This document shows, piece after piece, positions 63,142 to 64,000 of a DNA stretch of 64,000 nucleotides. A program made the position numbers and the translations under genes. Positions within the stretch are counted from its first letter, which is position 1, and each line of letters begins with the position of its first letter. The stretch comes from Scyliorhinus canicula (lineage: Eukaryota). The notes beneath the pieces were generated by a model. That model was given only the letters and a program-made list of their open reading frames with translations. It searched no databases and had not been told where the DNA came from. The stretch covers positions 6,003,913 through 6,067,912 of the forward strand of contig NC_052156.1 in the NCBI RefSeq assembly GCF_902713615.1, given 5' to 3'.

Positions 63142-63639
63142 AATGAATGAAAATCACTTATTGTCACAAGTAGGCTTCAATGAAGTTACAGTGAAAAGCC
63201 CCTAGTCACCACATTCCGGCGCCTGTTCGGGGAGGCTGGTATGGGAATTGAATCGTGCTGCTGGCCTGCCTTGGTCTGCTTTAAAAGCCAGCGATTTAGT
63301 CCAGTATGCTAATAATTAGACACTGAGTAAGTTGGCACGGGTGTAGGGCACAGACGAGTTATAGGGACTGGGGCACGTATCTGGACTGTTGTCATTAAAA
63401 TCACTTTGACACATACTAATCTTCCTTTGTGCTCTGTCCGAAGCGTGCGGGGGTGTGGTATGAGGTGAGCGCCAGTGTGTGTGTGAGGGATGGTATTACG
63501 TCGGCCCCAAGTGAGAGTGCCCCCCCCCCCCCCCCCCCCCCCCCCTCTTCCCCGGTCGCCCTCGCCATATCCCCGGGCAGACGACGGGACCGTGCTCTGC
63601 AGTGTCACAGCCGCATGCAGGGATGGTCCGGGTGGAGGG

Positions 63640-64000
63640 TGGTACCCTGTCCTGACCATTGCCCCCATCCTCCTCATCTGGGGAGGACTGCGCCTCATCC
63701 TGCTGCTCCTCCACTCCCCCCTCCTCTGCCTGCGGCACATCGCCCCTCTGCTGGGCGATGTTATGCAGGACGCAGCAGACAACAACGATGCGGCCGACCC
63801 TATCTGGCGGGTACTGGAGGGCACCTCCAGAGCGGTCCAGGCACCTGAAACGCATTATTAGCTGGCCAAAGCACCTCCCTATCGGACTCCTGGTCGCTGC
63901 ATGGGCATTGTTGTAGCTGTTCTCCGCGTCAGTCTGTGGCAATACGTATGAGTCATGTACACTGCCCGGGTACCGGGTGCAGACATGCAGGTTCATCATG
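63640..64000 (-). pseudogene. HARBI1-like (DDE_Tnp_4) transposase, C-terminal part, internally deleted
   Basis: YPGSVHDSYVL, YNNAHAATRSPIGRCFGQLIMRFRCL and IVVVCCVLHNIA are present. The LGDxGYP segment is missing, and the usual IE(R)xFG glutamate reads as G. Confidence 0.9.

Larger units (their letters stand above)
61129..64000. mobile_element. PIF/Harbinger DNA transposon (autonomous type, decayed); right end lies beyond the window
   Basis: Left TIR GGGTGGGATTCTCC is shared with the local MITEs. A Myb/SANT-like gene on + and a HARBI1-like DDE nuclease on - are convergent. Confidence 0.9.

Noticed and set aside
63496-64000. Domesticated host HARBI1 gene
   Set aside because: It has an internal deletion of catalytic-region residues, sits within a TIR-bearing element, and is paired with a broken Myb gene.

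Overview
This is vertebrate, repeat-rich genomic DNA. The HE1-type V-SINEs, Deu-SINEs and CR1 families point to an elasmobranch (shark). The only host coding sequence I can support is a 157-bp internal exon of EEFSEC (selenocysteine-specific elongation factor) on the minus strand at 50606-50762, so the window is probably intronic on both sides; in other vertebrates this region is part of the GATA2 regulatory landscape. The main mobile elements are: (1) a full-length but decayed Ty1/Copia retrotransposon of GalEa type (24705-29861; 249-bp LTRs, tRNA-iMet PBS, 5-bp TSD) inserted into a 27-bp minisatellite; (2) a decayed autonomous-type PIF/Harbinger element (Myb/SANT gene with 24 in-frame heptad repeats, plus a convergent HARBI1-like nuclease) and many MITEs with related termini; (3) CR1, L1, Rex1/Babar and Crack-like LINE pieces, solo LTRs, Penelope remnants and several VNTRs. 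The most interesting leads are a SINE system in which one head carries three different tails matching three LINE types, an extra SH3/Tudor-like plus RS-rich module in the Copia integrase, a ~150-bp duplication flanking a CR1, an NRF1-like motif array, and candidate Hox/Pbx/Meis/GATA enhancers. Nearly all ORF-track entries are repeat-derived noise. Family names come from motif recognition, not database searches, and the boundaries of old repeats are approximate.
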